64,000 nt of DNA from Methanotrichaceae archaeon (GTDB taxonomy: Archaea > Halobacteriota > Methanosarcinia > Methanotrichales > Methanotrichaceae): the NCBI GenBank assembly GCA_963803145.1, contig CAWDLW010000023.1:32001-96000 (forward strand), written 5' to 3'. Shown here one piece after another: positions 63,384 to 64,000 of the stretch (position 1 is the stretch's first letter; each line of letters begins with the position of its first letter). The position numbers and the translations under genes were made by a program. Below the pieces are notes generated by a model. That model was not told the DNA's origin and made no database searches. It worked only from the letters and a program-made list of their open reading frames with translations.

Positions 63384-64000
63384 TTGCGATTCTTACTAGG
63401 CCTCGATGAAGCCAAAATTAGAGATTGGTCGGCCTTAAGCGCGGTAGGCCTCGAAACCCCCAGCCAAAACCAGTATTCTCTGGTAGGGGCATCGAAAAAG
63501 CAAAGGCTGCCATACGATCAGATAGTTGACTGGGTCATTGCTCAGATGAATAAACCCTTTTTCAACACGAAGGTCACCCATAAGCCCAAGCTCATCATGG
63601 ACGCTACTGGCGTGGGTGCGCCGATTCGAGACATGTTCATCAAGGCAGGCGTTAGCCCGGTGGGCGTATCAATCACCACTGGCAGCAACTGTTCAATTCA
63701 AGATGGTATTTATCATCTCGGAAAGGCCCGGCTGATAGGGACCTTCATAGCTGTGTATGATCAGGGCCGGATCAAGGTCAATCCCAATATCCCTGTATGG
63801 CCCCTAATGGAGCGAGAACTGCTCTCATTCAGGGCTCAGCAGAATCAATCAGGCCACATCAAGTTTGAAGCAGCAGCAGGTGAGAACGACGATCTGCTGA
63901 CAAGTCTTGCGCTTGCAATCTGGTATGGCGAAGAGATCCTCGGCCAGAAAAAGACACAGATAACTTTTCCAATTCCTAAACAGGCTATAACAGGCGGAGG
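63384..64000 (+). CDS. Terminase RNase H-like nuclease domain as a separate ORF (runs off the window)
   Basis: Manual translation MRFLLGLDEAKIRDWSAL ... MDATGVGAPIRD ... GENDDLLTSLALAIW; in-frame TGA at 63375-63377 upstream of the TTG start. Confidence 0.82.
   Translation, partial: MRFLLGLDEAKIRDWSALSAVGLETPSQNQYSLVGASKKQRLPYDQIVDWVIAQMNKPFFNTKVTHKPKLIMDATGVGAPIRDMFIKAGVSPVGVSITTGSNCSIQDGIYHLGKARLIGTFIAVYDQGRIKVNPNIPVWPLMERELLSFRAQQNQSGHIKFEAAAGENDDLLTSLALAIWYGEEILGQKKTQITFPIPKQAITGG

Larger units (their letters stand above)
45300..64000. mobile_element. Provirus (head-tail archaeal virus); left boundary approximate, continues past the window end
   Basis: Tightly packed short co-directional ORFs, Gp37/68 radical SAM, Dam, ASCH, ParB-like, TerS, TerL; no integrase or att site identified. 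Confidence 0.8.

Overview
This window most likely comes from a methanogenic archaeon (Methanotrichaceae-like; inferred from Hef, GGTGA-type RBS and gene content). It has four zones. (1) 1-13.8 kb: a transporter and PurS, then one ~1160-aa pseudo-trypsin/WD40/KAP-NTPase gene split by an IS66 and an IS1634, a second IS1634, and a TPR gene truncated by an IS630. (2) 13.8-34 kb: a dense toxin-antitoxin (TA) island whose duplicated modules are shuffled around nine same-orientation copies of a ~90-110 nt structured repeat. It is followed by accessory genes interleaved with remnants of neighbouring genes. (3) 34-45 kb: ordinary host genes (Hef, hybrid histidine kinase, response regulator, thioredoxin, MBL hydrolase, MFS). 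(4) ~45.3-64 kb: part of a head-tail provirus, with regulators, DNA-modification genes, TerS and a terminase split into ATPase and nuclease genes. The best candidate for an undescribed system is a viral array of five tandem stem-loops at 50197-50497, most of whose loops are antisense to ribosome-binding-site/start-codon sequences. All calls were made by eye; no database searches or folding programs were run.
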